Shown piece after piece: positions 27,255 to 36,450 of a stretch of DNA of 37,807 bases (the first letter of the stretch is position 1; every line of letters begins with the position of its first letter). The stretch is from positions 1 through 37,807 of the forward strand of contig CAZSYD010000021.1 of NCBI GenBank assembly GCA_964611355.1, read 5' to 3'. The translations under genes were made by a program, and so were the position numbers. The notes beneath the pieces were generated by a model. The model ran no database searches and was not told the DNA's origin. It worked only from the letters and a program-made list of their open reading frames with translations. The DNA is from an uncultured Ignavibacteriales bacterium. Lineage in GTDB: Bacteria; Zixibacteria; MSB-5A5; GN15; JAAZOE01.

Positions 27255-27875
27255 TTATTTATCCTCTTTGAGTCGGCTCAACCTTTTAATATACGGGTCT
27301 GTTTTATATCCTTCGAGTTTCAAAAAGTATATCAACGAGGCGGCCAGGTGTTGATACATCCTGTCATTCTTGCTTTCCGCCGAATTCAGAATGTCATCAA
27401 GGCAGGTTAAAAGGTGGCCTCGCTCAGTCAGGAGTATGTTCATTTCTTCCGATTCTCGCCGCAACAGGGAGTAAAAGCGATCGGCCAGGGAAGCTTGCTC
27501 TCCGGATGACTTGAAGATCAATTTTAGTGAGCCGGTTCCCAGCCTTTGCGCCCATTCCCTGATTTCTTCGGCCAGCTTGAAATGGTCCGTATCGTGGCGG
27601 TTAACCAGCTCCTGATTCAGGCTGTTAAGGAAAACACCGAGCCGCTTTCGCTGAGAACTGTCCAGATTCCCATCTTCCGGCCAAGCGCGATACCGGCTCA
27701 GGAATCGGGTAAGATCATCGATAACAGGTTGACCCTCACGCAAACTGATGAGGATATCGTCAAGCTGGTTAAGGCCGATCAGGAAATCGATCTGCGATTC
27801 CTTTTTGGCCAGCATACCTCCTATTAGATGTGCTAACCGGTCTTCAAGCCGATTTATGGTTTCGGTCTTTATCAT
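27255..27875 (-). CDS. Hypothetical all-alpha protein
   Basis: 206-aa ORF, ATGA-coupled to the DUF4388 gene. Confidence 0.8.
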   Translation of the reverse strand: MIKTETINRLEDRLAHLIGGMLAKKESQIDFLIGLNQLDDILISLREGQPVIDDLTRFLSRYRAWPEDGNLDSSQRKRLGVFLNSLNQELVNRHDTDHFKLAEEIREWAQRLGTGSLKLIFKSSGEQASLADRFYSLLRRESEEMNILLTERGHLLTCLDDILNSAESKNDRMYQHLAASLIYFLKLEGYKTDPYIKRLSRLKEDK

Positions 27876-28720
27876 TGATCGCCTGCGGGTCCCGCGGCAT
27901 CGGGCATTGCCTGGCCGATTTTTTGCGTAAGGTAGTCTTCAATCAGCTGGCCGAGCCGATCCACCATCGCCTCCAGTCGATCATTTCCTGAATCGCCTTT
28001 TTCGACCGGTATGATCAGTCCGGCCAATTGCAAAGAAGCCAGTTTCTTAAGCGTTTCAATCGATTCCAGGGGAGAGGCTTCAAGTATATCGTTGATATCG
28101 CGGTGGCCATCCACCAGAGCCAGAATGTTCCACTCCTCCGGTTCGAGCAAAATATCTCTTTTTTGGCCGGATTCCGAGAGCGCCAGGCCATAAGTGGTCG
28201 AAAAATCGGGCATGTGATCTTTCAGGCGGGATATTTCGTCCAGCCGGCGCAGGCCTTCCAGGACGACATTTTCGGTCGAAATGTTTACAGTGATTTCCTC
28301 TTCGGTGGGAAACTGGTCTTCATAAAACTTAAACGAGCCGTGGTCCCATGACATTAGCGAATAGATCAGTTCTTCGACCTGTTTTCGTATAACCTCTTCG
28401 AGGTCGGCCCGGTCAATATATCGCTTTTCGATCAGAACCTGTCCCAGCCGCCTGCCCGATGAGACATGGCGGGCCTGCTCGGCGATCACCTCGTCGAGTT
28501 GCTCGGGGGTGATTCGGTTTTTTTCCACCAACATGCGACCGACATGATAGGTTTTTCGAGGCCCGTAACCGTAAATAACCGAGCCGTTTTTAAAATAAAC
28601 CATAACGATGTCGTCGTCGCGCTGGATGCCCAGCGTGCCGGTTTTCCGGCTGGTCGAAACCAACTGGAAAATCTCAGGCAGCGTAAACCGTTCTATATTG
28701 CCCTGAAGATCCAAATCCAT
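27872..28720 (-). CDS. DUF4388 (PATAN-like) protein with MshEN-like insert
   Basis: LQG.I..F.LP.IFQL....RKTG.L; G.ML....IT.EQL...Q and RLGQVL....I....L.....Q; W..G.F.F; LEGLRRLDE; start ATG 28720. Confidence 0.88.
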   Translation of the reverse strand: MDLDLQGNIERFTLPEIFQLVSTSRKTGTLGIQRDDDIVMVYFKNGSVIYGYGPRKTYHVGRMLVEKNRITPEQLDEVIAEQARHVSSGRRLGQVLIEKRYIDRADLEEVIRKQVEELIYSLMSWDHGSFKFYEDQFPTEEEITVNISTENVVLEGLRRLDEISRLKDHMPDFSTTYGLALSESGQKRDILLEPEEWNILALVDGHRDINDILEASPLESIETLKKLASLQLAGLIIPVEKGDSGNDRLEAMVDRLGQLIEDYLTQKIGQAMPDAAGPAGDQ

Positions 28721-28752
28721 TATCTTTTTCCGCCTTTTTCTGACAAACCTAA

Positions 28753-28780
28753 AATATATCCATTTCTTAAGGATTGTCAA
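28753..28780 (-). promoter_or_regulatory. sigma70-type promoter of the minus-strand operon
   Basis: Minus-strand TTGACA, 16-nt spacer, TATATT. Confidence 0.5.
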
Positions 28781-28991
28781 TTTATATTAATGGCGCGCGG
28801 GCAATCCCTAATGGATTCGCTTAACTTAATCTGAGTAATGGCTGAAAAGCGTTTTTTGAATAGTGAAACATATTAGTAAAACAACATTTGCGTTAATAAT
28901 TCAGTTTCTCTATATTTCCGATAAGCCTTTGAATCGGCTTTCATCGGGCAGAACCATTATAGGGCGCAACCGCAATTATGGAGAAGCCAAA

Positions 28992-30317
28992 ATGACATTC
29001 GGATCGGTAGAAGCAGATGCTTTTTGCGATAGCAAGGCCGGATTCAGGCTGTCGCTGTTTGCCGTTGCGTTGATAATGTTTATTATTTGCGGGCATGCAC
29101 CGGTATCGGCCGAAGGCATCGCACGGATAAAAGTCGATATGGCCATCGGCCCGATAGCCGTCAAGGTTATCACTCGGGCGGTTGACCGGGCCTTTGAAGA
29201 AAACCGAGAACTTCTTATTATCGAGCTCGATACTCCCGGCGGGCTGGATCAATCAATGCGGATTATTTGCCGTAAGTTGCTTAATGCCGATTTGCCGGTG
29301 GTGGTTTATGTTTCTCCCTCTGGAGCGAGGGCGGCCTCGGCAGGGCTGTTTATCACTTACTCCGCCAATATTGCGGCCATGGCCCCGGGGACCAATATCG
29401 GCGCGGCTCATGTGGTTAGTATGGGCGCCAAGATCGATTCGGTCATGTCCGAAAAGGTACAAAATGACGCCGTCGCCTATATTACCTCCATTGCCAAGAA
29501 AAGGGATCGTAATTTTGAATGGGCCAAACTGGCGATATTGGAGAGCGCATCCATCGATGCCGAAGCGGCGCTCGATTCCAACGTTATCGATATTCTTGCC
29601 AAAGATATTGAAGACCTGCTGTCCCAGGTTGACGGCCGGGTAGTGGAGCTTCCTATCGGGCCGGATACAATCACTATCGCCGACAGGGAAGTCGAGGAAT
29701 ACGCTATAAGTTTCAAGGACCGTTTTCTCAAGGTTATTACTGATCCGACGATTGCTTTTATCCTGTTCAATATCGGCTGGCTGGGTTTGATGGTCGAGTT
29801 ATATAATCCGGGGGCGGTACTGCCCGGTGTGGTGGGTGGTATTTGCCTGATTATGGCTTTCTTTGCCTTTCAGCAGCTCCCGATAAATTACGCCGGTCTG
29901 GGTCTTATAATCTTTGCCATAATACTTTTTATCCTGGAAGTGAAGATTGTAAGTCATGGAATCTTATCGATTGGAGGGATTGTATCTATGCTTATGGGAT
30001 CGCTGCTTTTAATTGATTCTCCGGCTCCTTACCTCCAGATTTCATTGGTGGTCATAATCACTACGGTAATTATTATTTCGGCTTTTTTCCTTTTTGTCGT
30101 CGGTTTTGCCATCAGAGCTCACCGGCGTAAGGTGACCACCGGACATGAAGGGATGATCGGCGCTGTCGGCGAGGTTCGCGGCGACGGGATGGTCTTTGCC
30201 GAAGGCGAATTGTGGCGGGCTGATTGTGACGAACCGCTTAAACAGGGAGATAAGGTTCGAATCTTGGCGGTTGATAAAATGCGCCTAAAAGTAGAAAAAA
30301 TCGGAGGTGACAAATGA
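28992..30317 (+). CDS. nfeD: NfeD long form (ClpP-like serine protease, TM bundle, OB fold)
   Basis: [31 protein letters not shown] bundle, GELWRA; likely start 28992 or slightly downstream. Confidence 0.93.
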   Translation: MTFGSVEADAFCDSKAGFRLSLFAVALIMFIICGHAPVSAEGIARIKVDMAIGPIAVKVITRAVDRAFEENRELLIIELDTPGGLDQSMRIICRKLLNADLPVVVYVSPSGARAASAGLFITYSANIAAMAPGTNIGAAHVVSMGAKIDSVMSEKVQNDAVAYITSIAKKRDRNFEWAKLAILESASIDAEAALDSNVIDILAKDIEDLLSQVDGRVVELPIGPDTITIADREVEEYAISFKDRFLKVITDPTIAFILFNIGWLGLMVELYNPGAVLPGVVGGICLIMAFFAFQQLPINYAGLGLIIFAIILFILEVKIVSHGILSIGGIVSMLMGSLLLIDSPAPYLQISLVVIITTVIIISAFFLFVVGFAIRAHRRKVTTGHEGMIGAVGEVRGDGMVFAEGELWRADCDEPLKQGDKVRILAVDKMRLKVEKIGGDK

Positions 30318-31075
30318 ACATTTTCAGTTCGGGTGTTCTCACTATCATCTTTTTTGCTGTTCTGATTCTGGCCTATGCCATACGTATCCTGCGGGAATAC
30401 GAGCGCGGCGTTATCTTTCGTCTTGGCCGCCTTGTCGGCGCCAAGGGACCGGGGTTGATTCTGCTTATCCCCATCATTGATAAAATGGTCAAGGTTTCCC
30501 TGCGGGTGGTTACCATGGACGTGCCGGAACAGGATGTCATCACGCGTGACAACGTTACCGTCCGCGTCAATGCCGTGGTCTATTTCCGCGTAGTAGACCC
30601 GGAAAAGGCAATCGTAGCCGTGGAAGACTATCTGTATGCCACCTCGATGGTTTCTCAGACAACCCTGCGATCTGTTCTGGGCCAGGCGGAACTGGACAGT
30701 CTCCTCGCCGAACGGGATAAGCTCAACGATCAGCTTCAGAAAATAATCGACGAGGATACCGAGCCGTGGGGCATCAAGGTTACCAAGGTGGAAGTTAAAA
30801 ACGTGGATCTGCCCCAGGAAATGCAGCGGGCTATCGCCAAGCAGGCCGAGGCCGAACGTGAACGGCGCGCCAAGGTTATCCATGCCGAGGGTGAACTGCA
30901 AGCAGCCGGAAAACTTCTTATGGCGGCCCAGGAGATATCCAAGGATAGCACCGCTATTCAACTACGATTCCTGCAAACGTTAACCGAAGTGGCGGCCGAA
31001 AAAAATTCGACACTGATCTTTCCGGTACCGATTGATCTTTTCACGCCGTTTATTGAGAAACATTCGAGAGGTTAA
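30314..31075 (+). CDS. SPFH/stomatin (slipin) family protein
   Basis: [47 protein letters not shown]; coupled to nfeD. Confidence 0.95.
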   Translation: MNIFSSGVLTIIFFAVLILAYAIRILREYERGVIFRLGRLVGAKGPGLILLIPIIDKMVKVSLRVVTMDVPEQDVITRDNVTVRVNAVVYFRVVDPEKAIVAVEDYLYATSMVSQTTLRSVLGQAELDSLLAERDKLNDQLQKIIDEDTEPWGIKVTKVEVKNVDLPQEMQRAIAKQAEAERERRAKVIHAEGELQAAGKLLMAAQEISKDSTAIQLRFLQTLTEVAAEKNSTLIFPVPIDLFTPFIEKHSRG

Positions 31076-31112
31076 GCGGGAACTTGCCAAAGAAATTAAG
31101 GCGAAGCATCAA

Positions 31113-31147
31113 GCGGCTCTCCCGGTTTATACGAGAGAGCCGTTCTT
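31113..31147 (+). terminator. Probable terminator hairpin
   Basis: GCGGCTCTCCCG...CGAGAGAGCCGT followed by TCTT. Confidence 0.55.
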
Positions 31148-31240
31148 AATTGGGATACTGCAGCAGGATCAACACTGCGCTTATTCAATATACCGGCCCG
31201 GCAGGTGAATAGAACGGCTGAGTATTTATAAAGATAAGAA

Positions 31241-32611
31241 ATGAAGCAGAGAATAATCGAACTCGATATAGTCGATCTGGCCTATAACGGGCAGGCGATA
31301 GGATATGACAATGGCAAAGTAACGTTTGTCAATGGCGGACTTCCGGGAGAACGGGTCAGGGCGGAAATCGTCAAATCAAAGAAGCGTCATAACCAGGCCC
31401 GGCTTGTGAGGATTCTGTCCAAATCTCCGGAACGGATTGATCCGGCCTGTCGCCATTACGATATCTGCGGCGGTTGCATATGGCAGGACCTCGATTACGA
31501 AAGACAACTCTATTACAAAAGAAATCAGATCATCGCCAGCCTGGAACATATCGGTAAATTTAAGGACGTCGAAGTCGGGGATGTGCGCCGATCGCCGGAT
31601 ATTTTCTTCTACCGCAACAAGATGGAATTCTCGTTCAATGTCTGTTCGCCGGAAGAAGCCGGGCGGGGGTTTGTTCTCGGCCTGCATGAACAGGGTCGTT
31701 TTGACCGAATCTTCGACGTTGTCGAGTGCCGCCTGCAATCGGAGTTTTCGAATCAACTGGTTGTTTTTCTCCGTGAAAAGGTGGCCGAACTCGGCATCCC
31801 GATCTATGATTTGACGGCGCATCACGGGTTTTTGCGTTTCGCCGTCGTACGCGAGGGGAAAAACAGTGGGCAGATAATGCTGGCGCTGGTTTCGGGCGGA
31901 GGAGAATTTGTCGCCAAGGATCAGCTTGTCTCGGCCCTGATCGAGGCATTTCCCAAGCTTACAACAATTGTCTGGGTGATGAACGATAAGATGACCAATA
32001 TCGCCCGGGGCGAGGTTTGCGAAATCCTTCATGGTCCCGGTTATATTGAAGAAGAGATACTCGGCTTGCGATTCCGAATCAGCGTCGGTTCGTTTTTTCA
32101 GACAAACAGCCGTCAGAGCGAAGCGCTGTATCGGAGGGCTATTGAACTTGCTGAAATTGAAAGAAGCGACAACCTGCTTGATCTTTATTGCGGGGCCGGC
32201 ACGATCGGTTTGTGCGCCGCGTCAAAAGCCGGACGGGTGATTGGCATTGATATCGAAAAAGAAGCGGTTGATGCGGCAAAGATAAATGCCGAAATAAACG
32301 GCGTTGAAAACAGCCGCTTTTTCGCCGGGCCGATTCGCACGGCGCTGGCTTCGGATGATCTGCGGGGGATACGATTTGACGTGGTCATCAACGACCCGCC
32401 GCGCGCCGGTATGCATCCGAAGGCGATAAAACGCCTGCTGGAGATTAACGCCGGGCGGTTGATATATATATCCTGCAATCCGGCCACATTCGCTCGCGAC
32501 GCGGCTATCTTGTGCGAGGCCGGATATAATCTTTGCGAGATAATACCTTTCGATATGTTTCCCCACACTATGCATATCGAATTGGTTTCACGATTCGAAA
32601 AAAGTGATTGA
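31241..32611 (+). CDS. rlmD: 23S rRNA m5U1939 methyltransferase (RlmD/RlmCD)
   Basis: TRAM domain, CRHYDICGGC, YRNKMEF, SFFQTN, DLYCGAGTIG, DPPRAG, YISCNP, DMFPHT.HIE. Confidence 0.95.
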   Translation: MKQRIIELDIVDLAYNGQAIGYDNGKVTFVNGGLPGERVRAEIVKSKKRHNQARLVRILSKSPERIDPACRHYDICGGCIWQDLDYERQLYYKRNQIIASLEHIGKFKDVEVGDVRRSPDIFFYRNKMEFSFNVCSPEEAGRGFVLGLHEQGRFDRIFDVVECRLQSEFSNQLVVFLREKVAELGIPIYDLTAHHGFLRFAVVREGKNSGQIMLALVSGGGEFVAKDQLVSALIEAFPKLTTIVWVMNDKMTNIARGEVCEILHGPGYIEEEILGLRFRISVGSFFQTNSRQSEALYRRAIELAEIERSDNLLDLYCGAGTIGLCAASKAGRVIGIDIEKEAVDAAKINAEINGVENSRFFAGPIRTALASDDLRGIRFDVVINDPPRAGMHPKAIKRLLEINAGRLIYISCNPATFARDAAILCEAGYNLCEIIPFDMFPHTMHIELVSRFEKSD

Positions 32612-32660
32612 TCGCTTTTAAGCATAAAGATATTATCTTTATAAATTGGATTGGCGAATT

Positions 32661-33788
32661 ATGCCTGAATGTAAGCCTTTAACATTTATCCATGCGGCCG
32701 ATTTTCATCTCGGCGCTGACCTGAAAAGACTCGGCCCGGCGGCGGAAAAGCTGCGTCAGGCACAATTTGACGCCCTGTACCGAACGCTTGCCTGTGCCGC
32801 TGAAAAAGAAGCGGCTTTTGTCGTTATTTGCGGCGACCTCTTCGACAACCGATTTCCGGCCGAAAAGGTAATTAAGCAAACACGAGAGACTTTTGCCGAA
32901 TTTGCATCAGTTAAGGTTTTCGTTATCCCGGGAACGCATGATTTTTTGAGCCGTGATTCGATTCTGAGTTCGGAGAAAGCCGGATGGGCAGGCAAAAACG
33001 TTATTTTTTTAAACCGGTCTGTCGAGTCACCGCTTCACCTTCCAGATTTTAACTGCTATCTCTATTTTACTATAAATCGTTCTAATCGCTCGGCGTTTTC
33101 GCCGATTGAGGGATTTGCCCGGGAATGTCGGGAAGGATATCATATCGGTCTGGCTCACGGTTCACTCCGGATTGGAGGGCTTAACCTGTCATATGATTTT
33201 CCTATGGAACCAAAGGAAATCGAGGCAAGCGGTCTTGATTATTTGGCCCTGGGTCACTGGCATAAGGCAAGAGTAGAAAAATATGGCCGGACGACGGTCG
33301 CTTATTCCGGCATACCTCAGCCGCTTTCCTTTTCCGACCCGGAAGAAGGTTCAGCGCTTATTGTCACCATTGAATATTCCGGTCTGGTAAGCATGGAGAA
33401 GATAATAACATCCATGGTTGTCTTTAGGAAAATTTCCGAGGTAATTTATCATCCTCATCAATTGACCCAGGTTCTTGATAACGAGGCCGATACCAATAAG
33501 ATAATAAAGCTTGACCTGCGATTTTCCGATAATCTTAAAGAATATCATGAAATTGACAGGATAATCAAAAATTCTGCGTCGAGGTTTCTTTCAGTGAGCA
33601 CTGACGACTGGAAAGAGAAAAATGCATCCCCGGAGCCTGAAGATATTAACCTGGGGGGAAACAGCCTCCTGATTGCCGGATATCTTGAAGAGATAGACAG
33701 GCTGAAAGATAACGAAAGCCCGGAACGCGCTGATCTTTATGAAAAGGCGGCCAATTTGGGGGTTTGCATTATCAGGGGAGAGGTTTGA
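32661..33788 (+). CDS. Mre11/SbcD/YhaO-like metallophosphoesterase (DNA repair exonuclease family)
   Basis: HAADFHLG, GDLFD, PGTHD, AHG, DYLALGHWH, YSG.P. Confidence 0.9.
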   Translation: MPECKPLTFIHAADFHLGADLKRLGPAAEKLRQAQFDALYRTLACAAEKEAAFVVICGDLFDNRFPAEKVIKQTRETFAEFASVKVFVIPGTHDFLSRDSILSSEKAGWAGKNVIFLNRSVESPLHLPDFNCYLYFTINRSNRSAFSPIEGFARECREGYHIGLAHGSLRIGGLNLSYDFPMEPKEIEASGLDYLALGHWHKARVEKYGRTTVAYSGIPQPLSFSDPEEGSALIVTIEYSGLVSMEKIITSMVVFRKISEVIYHPHQLTQVLDNEADTNKIIKLDLRFSDNLKEYHEIDRIIKNSASRFLSVSTDDWKEKNASPEPEDINLGGNSLLIAGYLEEIDRLKDNESPERADLYEKAANLGVCIIRGEV

Positions 33789-35908
33789 TGCGCCGTCAGG
33801 TTGTGCTCAATTCTCTTCGGATGGAAAATTTCGGCTGCTTCCGCGATCGGACAGTCACTTTCGAGCCGGAACTCAATCAGCTCATCGGTCCCAATGAAAG
33901 CGGCAAGTCAACCGTTCTCAGGGGATTGTTGACTGCTGTCTTCGAGGATGGAACTACCCGGAAGAAAAATATCAGTCAACTACGAAACTGGAACCAAAAA
34001 AGTCCTTTCAAGCTGACCTTGAAGTTTTCCGTTGGCGATAAGGAATTTACTTTGATCAGGGATCACGGTACCGGCCGCGACATTATGACCGACTCCGACG
34101 GAATAACCTATGAGGGGAGAACAATCGGGGAAAACCTCGGTATTTACTTCGGCACTCCCGATCGGAATCTTTTTGAATCGGTTTTTTGCTTTTCATCGGA
34201 TGACCCCGCCTCCCTTGAGAAACAAAAGAGCAGGCTCAAATCAGCCCTGGAGACGCCGGTTTTTTCCGGTTTTGACCGTACCAAAGCCGACGACTATCTT
34301 GAGGAAGAAATCAAAAAAATCGATAATCCCCGGGCGCACGGACCGCGAAAACTCGACCTGCTCGACGAACAGATTCAAAGCTACCTGCAGCAGAAATCAG
34401 AGCTTGACCGACGGATGGAGGCTCTGGCCAAAGATAAAGCGGAGCTTGATACGGTTCGGGAAAATATCAAGCAGCATGAAGACGATTTGTCGCGATTGGA
34501 AAGACTCGTTATCGGTGGTGAAGCGTACCGGACGTTGGATACCCGGATGGCCGGTCTGGATGAGCGTCTCCAGACTCACCTGGCCAACTACTCCCGGGCG
34601 CAGCAGGCGGCTGAGGATTTGGAGAGAGTAGGCAAGGAGTTGGCCGGTATCACGGTTCCCGAACCCGGCGAAATCAAGGAGATTGAAACCAGGCGGAATG
34701 AACTGGTCCAGACTGTCGATCAGGCCAAGCGCGGAATGGATGAGTTGATCGTTCGGCGCGTCCGGGCCAAGCGCGACTTCATGGCGGTAACGCTGCTTTT
34801 GGTTTTCCTCTGCCTCGTGTATGTTATCCAGCAGATGGGGTATTACGACACCGGTCCGGTGGCCGATATCACTCCCTATACTATTCCCGTGATGACGCTA
34901 ATCTGGGTAGTGGGCATGTCCGCGTACCTGTCCTGTTTCCGCAGAAAGAAAAAGGCGACGACGATTTTCCGGGGAAAAGTGGCCGAAATGGACGGGTTCT
35001 ATGCCGAGTTGAATGATCGGTGTAACCTCAAAGCTGCCGATCCGATAAAAGCCATTCACGAACAAATAACGCGTCGGCAAACGCTTGGATTGAGCGCCGA
35101 GAACCTGGCCGGAAGAGTTGATCTTCTCTCCGACGGCAAAGGACTGGAACATCTTGCCGAAGTCAAGTGGCAACTGGAAGCGGAAGTGGCGCAGATTAAC
35201 AAGGAGTTTGCACCCCTGGTGGAGTTTGCCTCCGTGGCAGGGCAAGTGGCCGAATTAAAAGAGGAATTGACGGCCAAGCGGGTCCGATGTAATGCTTTTC
35301 GTGAAAGGGCGGCTTTGCTTACGGAAAGATGCTCGGCGATTGAACCGTTAAAAAACAGTTTTACCAAAGTAGAAAATGAACTGGAAGCGCTTAAGCGCGA
35401 GTACAAGGAAATCGTCGAAAGGCTGGAAATACTGAGGATTACCCGCGCGGCCCTGAACCGCGCCGCTGATCAATTGATTGAACAAACATTTGCCGCATAC
35501 AGCGATGAAGCTTCAACCTATCTGGCTGATTTGACCGACAGACGCTACGAAGAACTCCGCTTCTCAAAAGAGATCGACGCTTTTGAACTGAAGGTTAATA
35601 ATACCGATAACTGGTACGGGGTTGGCGAATATCTTTCATCATCCACTCGCGATGTCGTTTACATGGCTCTTCATCTGGCGGCGATGGATCGGCTGTCAGG
35701 CGATTATGCCGTGCCGGTGATATTTGATCAGGCCGGCGCAAGGATGGACGAAAACAGGCGGCGAAACTTTTTTGACCTGCTTTCCCGCCTGGCCTCCCGG
35801 CGGCAGGTTGTTTATGCCGCTGTCGGAAAAGGGAATCTTCAGGGCGAATCACATATCATAGAATTTGATTTAGAGGCTTCCGAGGTAACACGGGAGCAAA
35901 CCGTCTAA
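33788..35908 (+). CDS. Rad50/SbcC/YhaN-like coiled-coil ATPase with two central TM helices
   Basis: NFG.F, GPNESGKST, long coiled coils, degenerate C-terminal ABC motifs; TGATG-coupled to the previous gene. Confidence 0.88.
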   Translation: MRRQVVLNSLRMENFGCFRDRTVTFEPELNQLIGPNESGKSTVLRGLLTAVFEDGTTRKKNISQLRNWNQKSPFKLTLKFSVGDKEFTLIRDHGTGRDIMTDSDGITYEGRTIGENLGIYFGTPDRNLFESVFCFSSDDPASLEKQKSRLKSALETPVFSGFDRTKADDYLEEEIKKIDNPRAHGPRKLDLLDEQIQSYLQQKSELDRRMEALAKDKAELDTVRENIKQHEDDLSRLERLVIGGEAYRTLDTRMAGLDERLQTHLANYSRAQQAAEDLERVGKELAGITVPEPGEIKEIETRRNELVQTVDQAKRGMDELIVRRVRAKRDFMAVTLLLVFLCLVYVIQQMGYYDTGPVADITPYTIPVMTLIWVVGMSAYLSCFRRKKKATTIFRGKVAEMDGFYAELNDRCNLKAADPIKAIHEQITRRQTLGLSAENLAGRVDLLSDGKGLEHLAEVKWQLEAEVAQINKEFAPLVEFASVAGQVAELKEELTAKRVRCNAFRERAALLTERCSAIEPLKNSFTKVENELEALKREYKEIVERLEILRITRAALNRAADQLIEQTFAAYSDEASTYLADLTDRRYEELRFSKEIDAFELKVNNTDNWYGVGEYLSSSTRDVVYMALHLAAMDRLSGDYAVPVIFDQAGARMDENRRRNFFDLLSRLASRRQVVYAAVGKGNLQGESHIIEFDLEASEVTREQTV

Positions 35909-35958
35909 GAATAAAAATTCCCTTTATTTTCCCAGGCCAATCATTATATTTCATTTAT

Positions 35959-36450
35959 ATGGCAGACATGATGATCTGGGCCCCGTGGCGGTCGGAATTT
36001 ATTCTGGGTGAAAAAGAAAAGGGTTGTATCTTTTGCAGGTTGGCCGGGGAGAAAAGGAAAAATCATAAAAACCTGATATTATATCGTACCGAAAAGTCAT
36101 ACATCGTCCTGAACAAGTATCCGTACAATGCCGGGCATCTTCTTATCGTTCCCAATCGCCATATCGGGGCGCTGGAGCGGCTGACCGGGGTCGAATCGAT
36201 GGAACTGATTCAACTCAGCCAGATGGCGGTTAAAGTTATGAAATCGTGTCTCAAGCCGAATGCTTTCAACCTGGGGATGAATCTGGGTCGTCCCGCCGGC
36301 GCCGGGGTGGCGGGCCATCTCCATATGCATATCGTACCCCGCTGGACAGGCGATGCCAACTTCATGGCCGTGGTGGGCAAAACAAGAGTGCATTCGATTC
36401 CGATGAAATCGATTTACGACAAACTGGTCGAGGGGTTTGCCGAATTATGA
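35959..36450 (+). CDS. HIT family nucleotide hydrolase/phosphorylase (Ap4A phosphorylase-like)
   Basis: WAPWR, CIFC, LNKYPYN.GH, FNLGMNLG..AGAG, HLHMHIVPRW.GD.NF. Confidence 0.93.
   Translation: MADMMIWAPWRSEFILGEKEKGCIFCRLAGEKRKNHKNLILYRTEKSYIVLNKYPYNAGHLLIVPNRHIGALERLTGVESMELIQLSQMAVKVMKSCLKPNAFNLGMNLGRPAGAGVAGHLHMHIVPRWTGDANFMAVVGKTRVHSIPMKSIYDKLVEGFAEL

Noticed and set aside
30119..30961. 280-aa minus-strand ORF and similar long antisense ORFs (e.g. 31376-32032, 20964-21527)
   Set aside because: Shadows of conserved genes on the opposite strand, with no motifs of their own.
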